A stretch of DNA of 33,289 nucleotides. It comes from Microcystaceae cyanobacterium. Lineage in GTDB: Bacteria; Cyanobacteriota; Cyanobacteriia; Cyanobacteriales; Microcystaceae. A program made the translations under genes and the position numbers. The stretch covers positions 1 through 33,289 of the forward strand of contig JBGTGT010000032.1 in assembly GCA_041746575.1 (NCBI GenBank). Direction: 5' to 3'. The notes beneath the pieces are model-generated. The model did not search any database. It was not told the DNA's origin and saw nothing but the letters and a program-made list of their open reading frames with translations. This document shows, in pieces, positions 9,161 to 16,783 of the stretch; within the stretch, counting starts at the first letter, position 1; each line of letters begins with the position of its first letter.

Positions 9161-9973
9161 ATGTTAGAAGCAAAAAGTTTATACTTGGGAGGACAAATAA
9201 TTCTTGCTAGTGAATGCGATTATTCATTCAGTAAAAAATTTGGATTGGCTTGTCCGTTTTGTTCTGAAGCGGTTTTTTTAAAGACGGCTTTTGAGCGAGA
9301 ACAAACTCTTAGAAATCACCAGATAAAAATTCAAAGAGTTCCCGCTTGTTTTTCCCATTATAAAACCGGAGTATTATGTGAGAACAAAGCTTCAACAAGT
9401 GAAGGACAAGAAGAGTTACAAAAGTTACAAGCTATTGCTAAAAACCAAAGGCTTGAATTATATAACCAATATTTATGGCAAATGTTTGCCGAGGTTTACA
9501 GCCTAACTTCCCTCAACTCGATTAATAAAAATAATAGAATTAAAGAATTAGAAGACTTAATTCCCTACGTGCAAAAACAAATTAAAGAGCGTCTGCCTAA
9601 ATACAAGTCACTGGTTAACGGTTATGAATCAGGATTTTCCCTTCATGTCAAACAAATAATAAATGCTTTAAAAGAAGAGGCTAAGGAAGATGTTTCTATA
9701 AGTCAAGACTATCTATATAAAATAGGACTCACTTACAATCAAAAAGTCTCTTTAGAAATCATTGAATTTCTTGCCTCTGCTACAGCCAAGCCTTTTTTGT
9801 ATCAAGTTGCTGGTTTTGTTATAGGATGTCACTTAAGAAAAAAACAGTTATTTTTAACAACTTCAGATCAACTTACTGACTTTATTTGTTCTAGTATTCC
9901 TGCAATAAACTGGATTGATCTTATTCATGAAAAACTCAAGTCAAATAATTCAATAAGCAAGTTGAGAGCGTAG
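9161..9973 (+). CDS. Hypothetical protein with N-terminal CoiA-like zinc-binding motif
   Basis: LACPFCSEAVF...ACFSHY..C pattern followed by a helical region; ATG9161 preferred over TTG9089 because a hairpin lies between them. Confidence 0.7.
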   Translation: MLEAKSLYLGGQIILASECDYSFSKKFGLACPFCSEAVFLKTAFEREQTLRNHQIKIQRVPACFSHYKTGVLCENKASTSEGQEELQKLQAIAKNQRLELYNQYLWQMFAEVYSLTSLNSINKNNRIKELEDLIPYVQKQIKERLPKYKSLVNGYESGFSLHVKQIINALKEEAKEDVSISQDYLYKIGLTYNQKVSLEIIEFLASATAKPFLYQVAGFVIGCHLRKKQLFLTTSDQLTDFICSSIPAINWIDLIHEKLKSNNSISKLRA

Positions 9974-9985
9974 TTAAAGCTTTCC

Positions 9986-10819
9986 TCAAATATCAATAAA
10001 CTGGCTAGATCCCTCATCAGGGTTAATGTGTAAATATTTTTCGGTTGTCTCTAATTTGCTATGACCTAAGCTTTGCTGTAACAGCCTCAGATTACAGCCA
10101 GCATTTACCGCATGGGAGGCGTGGGAATGTCTTAACCAATGACTAAAAGCCTTTTCACTAACTCCCGACAGTAGACAACATTCTTTAATCATCTTGTGAA
10201 TATAAATCCGTTCTAACCGGTTCCCCCTTCGGCTGATAAAAACCGCTTCCCCGTCTCTTGGCAACTGCATTAATCTATCCCAGAGGTTAGGAGGAATGAT
10301 AACAATACGAGTTTTAGCACCCTTACCAAAAACTGTAGCCTTACCGTTTTTTAAATCAGACCAATTTAACCCGCACACTTCAGACACTCTTAACCCGCAG
10401 CCGTACATCAAGGAAAGTAAAACGCTATCGCGCTCCCTTGGGGCAGCATTAATTAAACGCTTAACCTCAGCTTTCTCTAAAATCCGTTCAGCTAGAGTAT
10501 CTTTGAGCTTAGGAGACTTAATGAAGCTTCCCACATTGACAGTTAAATAACCGACCCTAGTGGCGAAACTAAATAGACTTTTGACGGTCAGGATCTTATT
10601 CAGGATCTTATTAGCGACTGTCACCGGTTGATAGGTTAAGTTAAGGCGATTAACCCATAAAGATAAGTCATCAAGAGTAACATCCCTTAACGGCTTGCCG
10701 ACAAACTCTAAAAACTGCTTGATGTGGCACTGATAACTAATTATGGTTGTTTTCGACTTCCCATTAAGCCAGAGGAGTATAATTTCCGTGTCAGAGGTAG
10801 CGCGGGTAATTGAGTTCAT
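9986..10819 (-). CDS. Tyrosine recombinase/integrase (XerC/D-like, plasmid resolvase type)
   Basis: Catalytic set intact: GLRVSE (R), GKGAK (K), HWLRH (HxxR), LGH, TTEKY (Y). Confidence 0.93.
   Translation of the reverse strand: MNSITRATSDTEIILLWLNGKSKTTIISYQCHIKQFLEFVGKPLRDVTLDDLSLWVNRLNLTYQPVTVANKILNKILTVKSLFSFATRVGYLTVNVGSFIKSPKLKDTLAERILEKAEVKRLINAAPRERDSVLLSLMYGCGLRVSEVCGLNWSDLKNGKATVFGKGAKTRIVIIPPNLWDRLMQLPRDGEAVFISRRGNRLERIYIHKMIKECCLLSGVSEKAFSHWLRHSHASHAVNAGCNLRLLQQSLGHSKLETTEKYLHINPDEGSSQFIDI
10589..10612. repeat. Perfect 12-bp tandem duplication inside the recombinase gene
   Basis: CAGGATCTTATT x2, giving NKILNKIL in the protein. Confidence 0.9.
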
Positions 10820-10832
10820 CGATACTAAAAAT

Positions 10833-10861
10833 AGTCAACAGAATAGAGCATTTTGTTGAGT
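10833..10861. promoter_or_regulatory. Candidate tyrosine-recombinase core/binding site
   Basis: TCAACAGAA-tagagca-TTTTGTTGA: inverted arms around a 7-bp spacer, about 15 bp upstream of the recombinase start. Confidence 0.55.
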
Positions 10862-10889
10862 TAAAGGGTGGGCAGCGCCTACCCTTTAA
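10861..10889. terminator. Hairpin between the 86-aa gene and the recombinase
   Basis: TTAAAGGGTGGGC-agc-GCCTACCCTTTAA inverted repeat. Confidence 0.55.
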
Positions 10890-10900
10890 GTCTGTCTTTC

Positions 10901-11161
10901 TTAGATGCGGTTTCCGCCTCTAATCAGCCATCCAATCAGACCTGATACCAATGAGGTAACACCAAGAATAAAAAACTGCTTCCAGTTTTTTAATTCTCCT
11001 ACTTTCTCAGCTAAATCAGGGATTTTTTGAATCATTGGCTTCCATTCATCTAATCGAGCCTCAATAACTGCCAATCGTTTATCAATGCTGTTTAATTGTT
11101 CGCTTTGCTTAACAATTAACTCTTTTAGCTCTTTGATGTCTGCTTCGGTTACAGTAGTCAT
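10901..11161 (-). CDS. Small coiled-coil protein with C-terminal TM helix (XhlA-like architecture)
   Basis: Heptad pattern LNSIDKRLAVIEARLDE followed by hydrophobic FFILGVTSLVSGLIGWLI. Confidence 0.75.
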   Translation of the reverse strand: MTTVTEADIKELKELIVKQSEQLNSIDKRLAVIEARLDEWKPMIQKIPDLAEKVGELKNWKQFFILGVTSLVSGLIGWLIRGGNRI

Positions 11162-11291
11162 GGGTTATACTCGCTATACAAGAAGGATTTACCAGTCCCT
11201 AAGAGATGGCCGTCGCTTGGGGGCTAACTGTATTTTAATGTCAGGGGTGCGACTAGCTTTAAAGACGAGAAATTATAACTATCAACTCGAC

Positions 11292-11341
11292 CCCGACAGT
11301 AACCGACAACTTACCCGACAAATAAACTTAACCCTGTCGGG
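11292..11341. repeat. CCGACA motif cluster (3 direct + 1 inverted)
   Basis: CCGACA at 11293, 11303 and 11315; TGTCGG at 11335; two more CCCGACA at 11613 and 11621 inside the HTH gene. Confidence 0.7.
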
Positions 11342-11677
11342 TTATAAATTCTCAATGTACTCTTCTAAGTCTTTTCGTTTAACTCGCCACGCTTTCCCGA
11401 CGATCTGCGCTTTGAGTTGGTTAGATGCTATCGCTTCTCGCAGAGTTTCACGACTTAAACCGGTGAGCGCTTGAACCTCTTTTAGGGTCAGCAGCAGTTT
11501 ATTCTCAATGGGAACAGTGGGGCTAGTGCTTGGTAGTGACTTGAGACTTTGAATGGCTTCTGTCAATTGTTGAAGCTGGTTTGACAGGGGAAGGATAAGT
11601 TTTTCGACTAACCCCGACAGCCCGACATTGGACGCGGCGATCTCTGTCGTGGATGGGTCAGAAGGGGCGATCGCCAC
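11342..11677 (-). CDS. Excisionase-type (HTH_17) DNA-binding protein, possibly N-terminally truncated
   Basis: KLLLTLKEVQALTGLSRETLREAIASNQLKAQIVGKAWRVKRKDLEEYI; preceded by a short coiled coil; GTG start overlaps an extended HIP1 site. Confidence 0.8.
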   Translation of the reverse strand: MAIAPSDPSTTEIAASNVGLSGLVEKLILPLSNQLQQLTEAIQSLKSLPSTSPTVPIENKLLLTLKEVQALTGLSRETLREAIASNQLKAQIVGKAWRVKRKDLEEYIENL

Positions 11678-11707
11678 TGTATCAAAAAAAGGTGTCCCCT
11701 TTCTTAA

Positions 11708-11908
11708 GCCCCCGTTAACGGGTTAGACAACCTACAAAGCTTAAAACAAGCGATTACAAGAGATAACATTTATATTGAGAAAAAGGGTCAAGATGTTGTC
11801 TCTTTAACCCTTTCCTGTCCCTTGATATTCAATACTAATAAACCCCCAAAGAGGGGAAAGGAATTAGAAGCCATTAAATCCCGTCATAAAAATGGGTACT
11901 GGGTTTGA
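11708..11908 (+). pseudogene. Fragment of a phage/plasmid primase-associated SF3 helicase (P4/D5-like)
   Basis: Open frame without a start codon at its 5' end: PVNGLDNLQSLKQAITRDNIYIEKKGQDVVSLTLSCPLIFNTNKPPKRGKELEAIKSR, resembling SF3 motif B' (LK..T.D.I..E.K..D), motif C (LIF..N..P) and the Arg finger; Walker A/B absent. Confidence 0.65.
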
Positions 11909-13534
11909 TTAATCTTTACGACGATGAGAACCAAAGCCTAAAGCACCCCCAACGACTAATAACCCCAGAATAGAGGTTGGTTCAGGAACAGAGTTGGACA
12001 TAAAGATTAATTGACCCCCTTCTACCAATCCTTGCGTTCCAATAACGCCATCTCTGAGACTATGGGCTTGAGTATCTAAGATAAAGAGTTTTTCGCCTTT
12101 TTTCGTCGTAAAAAGCTCAGTAACATCTAAAATACCAGAACTTTCCCAGTTTCCACAATTTGCCGCCGCCGGATCGGTGACACCTGCAGGAACGACCACA
12201 CTGCGATCCATCTGAGCAATGCGCTTTGAATTGCCTGTTGTGGGGTTAATTCGCCAAATAGAGGCTTCTTCGCCACTGGTTTGACAAAAAGCACTAATAG
12301 CGCGATCTTCTTGAACATAGATAAGACCATTATCTGCCCAGTCTAGGTTATCTGGACTGCGTAAACCAAAATCTCGATTTCCCGCATCATCTCCATCATA
12401 GAGAATCGAAACAGTCGCCGTCAGATTCGCTAAATCACTATCAATGATGTAAGTCGTCCCCCAGATATCGTTAGGGAATGCCCCATTTCCGGTAGAAGCC
12501 AAAACCGCTTGAGAACCGTTTAAAGGGTTCGTTGAAACGTCTTCAGGACGAGAGAACTGAAAAGCCCCTACAGCAGCAGTCCGAGCATCTAACTCCGCTT
12601 GAGTAGCAAAACCGTTGGGATCTGAACCCATATTATCCACTGCTACCCAATTTCCGGTACGAGAATTTCCGGTTCCGTTGAAGGTATTTGAACTAAGATC
12701 CCCATTCACCCCTTCTTGCCAAACATAGAGTGTTCCCTGAGCTAAGCCATTGCGATCTAAGAAGCTATTGTCACCGACTGCGTTCTTTTCTCCCAAATAG
12801 AGATAAAGCGGCGCGCCAGAGCGGTCATCTCCGATCAGCAAAGCGATTTGATCTGCATTAACCGGCTCTAACGCAGTTACATTTTCCCATGCAGCGCGAC
12901 CGAGGGCAGGGGCGGCGTATAACGCACCTCCTTGGGGACTGCCGATGGAATCAAAGTCTAAGACAAACTGAGTTCCTCCGCTCGTTTCTTCCCCTGCAAA
13001 GTACACATTATCTACAAAACCATAGCTTCCCGCATTAAAGTGTTGACCAGAGCAGAAACGACTTAAGGATGCCCCAGAGGGAAACTGGCTCACATCCGTA
13101 ATGAGGTTGCCTCCACGGTCAAAAATGCGGTCAAAAGCCAATCCGGCATCTTTAACGGTGCGGTTATTCACATCAATATCAAAGTAATGGATTCTTGCGC
13201 CGCCATTGACGGTTAGACTTCCATTATTGAGAGTGTACGGTGCGCCGAGAGGAACTCCCTGACTATCCACGGGCGCAATCTCACTATTGACGACCACCCG
13301 AACCGTATCGTTATTGATTTTAATGGCGCCGATACCATCCAGAATGCCAGTGGGGGTATAACCCTCTACAGTTTCTCCCACCGTAAAAATAGCTTCGGTT
13401 TCCCAAATACCTAACCCTTGCATCTGAGCTTGGGGATAATTGGTCGTGAATTGTGCCTGAGCCACTTTTGCGCTCAAGGTTAAGAGGCTTGCAACCGTCG
13501 TTAAACTGGCAGCAATATTTAATAAAGTTTTCAT
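11909..13534 (-). CDS. phoX: PhoX-family (DUF839) alkaline phosphatase with PEP-CTERM sorting signal
   Basis: RFCSG, FAGEE, GRAAWEN, RPED, SPDNL, VQED, ESSG motifs; AQA signal peptide; C-terminal VPEPTSILGLLVVGGALGFGSHRRKD. Confidence 0.85.
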   Translation of the reverse strand: MKTLLNIAASLTTVASLLTLSAKVAQAQFTTNYPQAQMQGLGIWETEAIFTVGETVEGYTPTGILDGIGAIKINNDTVRVVVNSEIAPVDSQGVPLGAPYTLNNGSLTVNGGARIHYFDIDVNNRTVKDAGLAFDRIFDRGGNLITDVSQFPSGASLSRFCSGQHFNAGSYGFVDNVYFAGEETSGGTQFVLDFDSIGSPQGGALYAAPALGRAAWENVTALEPVNADQIALLIGDDRSGAPLYLYLGEKNAVGDNSFLDRNGLAQGTLYVWQEGVNGDLSSNTFNGTGNSRTGNWVAVDNMGSDPNGFATQAELDARTAAVGAFQFSRPEDVSTNPLNGSQAVLASTGNGAFPNDIWGTTYIIDSDLANLTATVSILYDGDDAGNRDFGLRSPDNLDWADNGLIYVQEDRAISAFCQTSGEEASIWRINPTTGNSKRIAQMDRSVVVPAGVTDPAAANCGNWESSGILDVTELFTTKKGEKLFILDTQAHSLRDGVIGTQGLVEGGQLIFMSNSVPEPTSILGLLVVGGALGFGSHRRKD

Positions 13535-13640
13535 GTTTTTGCGCAGTAGATAGTGTTACGCAATGAGGGATTTTCTTAAAGAAAATTGATATAACAATTT
13601 CGTTTTCCTCACGCTTATTTAGTATGGTGAAGTAAGAATA

Positions 13641-13675
13641 AGGCTAGATTTTTATTGGGTTAAATCTTGTTTAAT
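13641..13675 (-). promoter_or_regulatory. Putative Pho (SphR) boxes upstream of phoX
   Basis: Minus strand ATTAAACA-N3-TTTAACCC (11-bp period) plus an out-of-phase TCTAGCCT, ahead of a CATACT -10-like hexamer (13621-13626); resembles PyTTAAPyPy(T/A). Confidence 0.4.
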
Positions 13676-13950
13676 TAAGAAACCTAAAGACCGGAGAATC
13701 CTTAAATTAACTTAATATTTAAGATCAAAAGTTCACAAGGGCAGCATTAATGAGAGAATCCGGCTTAATTTTGTAGAATAATGAAGGTTAAAAATTTTCT
13801 CCCTGTTTCCCATTTCTGAATGAAGCCTTCATCCTGATACGGTAAACTTGACCGCTGATCAGGTGTTAAGAAACTCTGATCAATTGGCAACAACGAGAAG
13901 ATTTCTACCATGATAAAAATAGAGATAAAATGAGGTGCAATTAAAGCGCA

Positions 13951-14373
13951 ATGGTTAAAGAGACTAAAAATAAGCAACTCCTGAAAATCCTAATTGGTAC
14001 GGCTTGGATTGATGGGACGATTCAAGGAGAAGAACGACAATTTTTGCACCGGATGGCTGAAAAATATGGATTAGAAAGCGATCCAGAAATTAAACCGCTC
14101 TTATCTGAGCTTAGACCGATTCAACCGAACGAATGCTATCGATATCTGGCAACCTATTTGGGTGATAACCCCGGCGAGCAAGACTATCAAGATTTGTTAG
14201 CCAACCTCAGCGGATTAATTTATAGTGATGGGGATGTGCAAATGCAAGAAGCTAAACTCTTGACCAAGTTACAGGATTTAGATCCAGCTTTATCCGCTCA
14301 GAAACCTCCTTTTGATAAAATTATGCGGAGAATTCAACAACTTTATAAAAAAGCCGTCGATCAACAAGTTTGA
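13951..14373 (+). CDS. TerB-family protein (stand-alone)
   Basis: Duplicated TerB motif AWIDGTIQGEE / IYSDGDVQMQE. Confidence 0.8.
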   Translation: MVKETKNKQLLKILIGTAWIDGTIQGEERQFLHRMAEKYGLESDPEIKPLLSELRPIQPNECYRYLATYLGDNPGEQDYQDLLANLSGLIYSDGDVQMQEAKLLTKLQDLDPALSAQKPPFDKIMRRIQQLYKKAVDQQV

Positions 14374-14397
14374 ATTTTTATCCCTATCAAAAAACTT

Positions 14398-14441
14398 AAC
14401 CCCTATCTGATCGCTCTAGACAGGGGTTTTTGAGTTGTTTG
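14398..14441. terminator. Bidirectional terminator-like hairpin between convergent genes
   Basis: AACCCCTATCT...AGACAGGGGTT followed by a T-run, with an A-run just upstream. Confidence 0.5.
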
Positions 14442-14451
14442 TTGCCTATTT

Positions 14452-15723
14452 CTAGATTAAATTGGCAATCACCGCCTCTAATCGATTAGCCGCCTCATCA
14501 ATTTCCGACGCTGAAACAATTAAAGGTGGCACAAATCGTAAGACTTTTGGCCCGGCGGGGGCTACTAATAATCCTTGTTGCATCGCCGCTTTAACGATCT
14601 CAATCGAGGTTAAAGACGCATCTTCGCTAATTTCCATGCCGTTAATTAAGCCCCATCCCCGCACATCTACGAATAATTGAGGATATTGATGGGCGATCGC
14701 TCTTAAACGGGTTCTCAGTTGTTCTCCTCTGGATTGGACGTTGTTTAAGATGTTTTCTTGCTCAATGGTTTGTAGCACTCTTAATCCTGCCGCACAAACA
14801 AGAGGATTGCCACCAAAGGTACTGGCGTGATTACCCGGTTCAAAGACATTACAAAACTCTTTACACATCATTGCACCGATAGGAATCCCCCCAGCTAGCC
14901 CTTTTGCTGAGGTAAAGATATCGGGTTCAACCCCCAGATTTTCGTAACCCCAGAGCTTTCCAGTGCGTCCGACGCCGACTTGCACTTCATCAAACAAAAG
15001 AAGAATGTCATTTTCGTCGCAAATCTTGCGTAATCTCAAGAAATAATCTATATCTCCGGGACGAACACCCCCTTCTCCCTGTAGCGGTTCTAACATAATT
15101 GCCGCTACCCGACGATTGCCTTCATCAATATCAGCGATCGCATTTTCTACCGCCTTGATGTCATTGTAAGGAATATATTCAAAGCCTGGTACGAGGGGAT
15201 CGAAATTCTTTTGGTATTTCGGTTGACCCGTTGCGGTAAGGGTGGCAAGCGTACGGCCATGAAAACTGGCTTTAGCCGTTAAAATAACGGGTTGTTCAAG
15301 GAAATCTAAAACTGTGTGGGCATATTTACGCACTAATTTGATGGCTGCTTCGTTTGCTTCTGCCCCAGAATTGCAGAAGAAGACCTTATCCGCACAGGAA
15401 TGGTCGACAATCCACTTGGCGAGTTCTCCCTGTTCGGGAATGTAGTAAAAGTTAGAAACATGGTGTAATTTTTGAATTTGCTCTGTCACCACGTCAATTA
15501 GGGCAGGATGGGCATGACCCAAGGTACATGTGGCAATTCCTGCCACAAAATCAAGATATTCCTTGCCTTCTGTATCCCACAGGCAACATCCTTGACCTTT
15601 GCTAATCGCAATGGGGAAGCGGCCATAGGTATTCATCACGTAGGATTGGAATTCCTCTGAATCAAAAGGTTCTGAGGCTGTGGCGGTATTTTTCGGGGGA
15701 TCAGCAATCATTTCGGGACTCAC
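14452..15723 (-). CDS. argD: Acetylornithine aminotransferase
   Basis: YVMNTYGR, YLDFVAGIA, FFCNSGAEANEAAIK, SFHGRT, EPLQGEGG, DEVQVGVGRTG, PLP lysine in SAKGLAGG; GTG15723 start follows GAGGA. Confidence 0.93.
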   Translation of the reverse strand: MSPEMIADPPKNTATASEPFDSEEFQSYVMNTYGRFPIAISKGQGCCLWDTEGKEYLDFVAGIATCTLGHAHPALIDVVTEQIQKLHHVSNFYYIPEQGELAKWIVDHSCADKVFFCNSGAEANEAAIKLVRKYAHTVLDFLEQPVILTAKASFHGRTLATLTATGQPKYQKNFDPLVPGFEYIPYNDIKAVENAIADIDEGNRRVAAIMLEPLQGEGGVRPGDIDYFLRLRKICDENDILLLFDEVQVGVGRTGKLWGYENLGVEPDIFTSAKGLAGGIPIGAMMCKEFCNVFEPGNHASTFGGNPLVCAAGLRVLQTIEQENILNNVQSRGEQLRTRLRAIAHQYPQLFVDVRGWGLINGMEISEDASLTSIEIVKAAMQQGLLVAPAGPKVLRFVPPLIVSASEIDEAANRLEAVIANLI

Positions 15724-15993
15724 TATTGATTCCTCAATTCTGCACAATAAGGTCTTTATGACATTCTAAGGCAGTCTTGGCAGATAGGGCGATGAAGATG
15801 TTTGGATTTAATGATATGGGATGATAGAAACCCATAAAGATGCGAGGGACGTCCGTTTTTTTCTGAAAACCCTAGAAACAAATGGGACTTTATCCTAAAG
15901 AATGATTTCCGATTTGGCACGTTTATTAATAATCTTTCTAATGAATGATCACAAAACTTTTGATAAAACACCTCTATTATCCGGTTAACTCCT

Positions 15994-16197
15994 CTAATAA
16001 TGAATTCGCCCTTTTAACGCTTTGCGAAAGTTACGACGATAAGATGAATTGCTGAGAATTAACACCGGCCATAAAGAGGTTAGTAGCAATCGAGTGGGTA
16101 AACGGCGACTAAAATTTGTTTGTTCATATCCTGTCCAAAATTTCCAACTCCCACCGATATAGACAACGATTAAACCCAATATCAGTAAATCTGCCAT
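15994..16197 (-). CDS. Small hypothetical membrane protein
   Basis: 67 aa, two hydrophobic segments, GAGG RBS upstream. Confidence 0.7.
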   Translation of the reverse strand: MADLLILGLIVVYIGGSWKFWTGYEQTNFSRRLPTRLLLTSLWPVLILSNSSYRRNFRKALKGRIHY

Positions 16198-16336
16198 CTA
16201 AATTGACCTCATCTAAATCCTATACTGCTTTGCAAAAGTCGAAAGTTAAAAATCAAACGTCAAAAGAATTAGAGGTAAAGCTTTTGGCTCAATGATCCGT
16301 ACTTTGTTAACCTGCAAATTGTACTTATTTTATTTT

Positions 16337-16372
16337 AAAACGAGGAACAGGATAGTGTCATCCCACTCCTCG
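16337..16372 (-). terminator. Intrinsic terminator after the BON gene
   Basis: Minus strand CGAGGAGTGGGAT...ATCCTGTTCCTCG followed by TTTT. Confidence 0.55.
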
Positions 16373-16403
16373 GTACTATAATCTTTACGCTCGGTTAATT
16401 GGG

Positions 16404-16742
16404 TTAACCTGTCGTTACTTGGGAAGCATCAACATCGGTTGCCCCTTCTACCCTTTCAGCAATACTAATAGCGCGATTGAGGGCGTCTGCACTGGGAACT
16501 TGCCCTTTTAGCACCACTGTGCCCCCTGTTTGGGCAACGTACAGGGTAGGAATGTCGTCTAATTGAGCATCATTATCAAAAGCGGCGGCTACTCGTTTAG
16601 CAAGCCCACTTTGGTCATATTCTCCGTTTAATCCCACTCTTTCTGGGGCAATGGTTTCCCCTTCAGGGGTCTTTGCGCCTGCAACTTTTGGCGGAGTAGG
16701 GGCTTTTTTATTACCGGGAAACAGTCTACTTAACCAACCCAT
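16404..16742 (-). CDS. BON domain (phospholipid-binding) protein
   Basis: LAKRVAAAFD...LYVAQTGGTVVLKGQV...A..VEGATDVD; AGGAG RBS. Confidence 0.85.
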   Translation of the reverse strand: MGWLSRLFPGNKKAPTPPKVAGAKTPEGETIAPERVGLNGEYDQSGLAKRVAAAFDNDAQLDDIPTLYVAQTGGTVVLKGQVPSADALNRAISIAERVEGATDVDASQVTTG

Positions 16743-16783
16743 GGTTTTTTTCTCCTAAATGACAGTTAATTTTGTTAAAAAGA

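Larger units (their letters stand above)
8300..11908. mobile_element. Decayed plasmid/integrative-element-derived island (boundaries approximate)
   Basis: AT-rich left part with orphans, tyrosine recombinase, excisionase-type HTH, SF3 helicase fragment and repeats, set between two ordinary chromosomal genes; no att duplication found. Confidence 0.65.

Noticed and set aside
11281..11341. CRISPR-like or long tandem array
   Set aside because: Repeats are only 6-7 bp with no spacer structure; no cas genes in the window
11085..11474. 129-aa + strand ORF
   Set aside because: Overlaps two better-supported minus-strand genes and runs through the repeat region; no motif
8145..11675. HIP1 sites at 8146 and 11667 as attL/attR of the island
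   Set aside because: The livJ-like gene continues normally past 8146, element-derived sequence continues past 11675, and identity does not extend meaningfully beyond HIP1
13765..13977. 70-aa ORF or structured RNA between phoX and the TerB gene
   Set aside because: Overlaps the TerB start, no motif, and only weak hairpins
13951..14373. Tellurite resistance (ter) operon linked to the left cluster
   Set aside because: Single stand-alone TerB-fold gene 7 kb away, with no terC/D/Z
15756..15971. 71-aa ORF upstream of argD
   Set aside because: Atypical composition, no RBS or motif; probably promoter region
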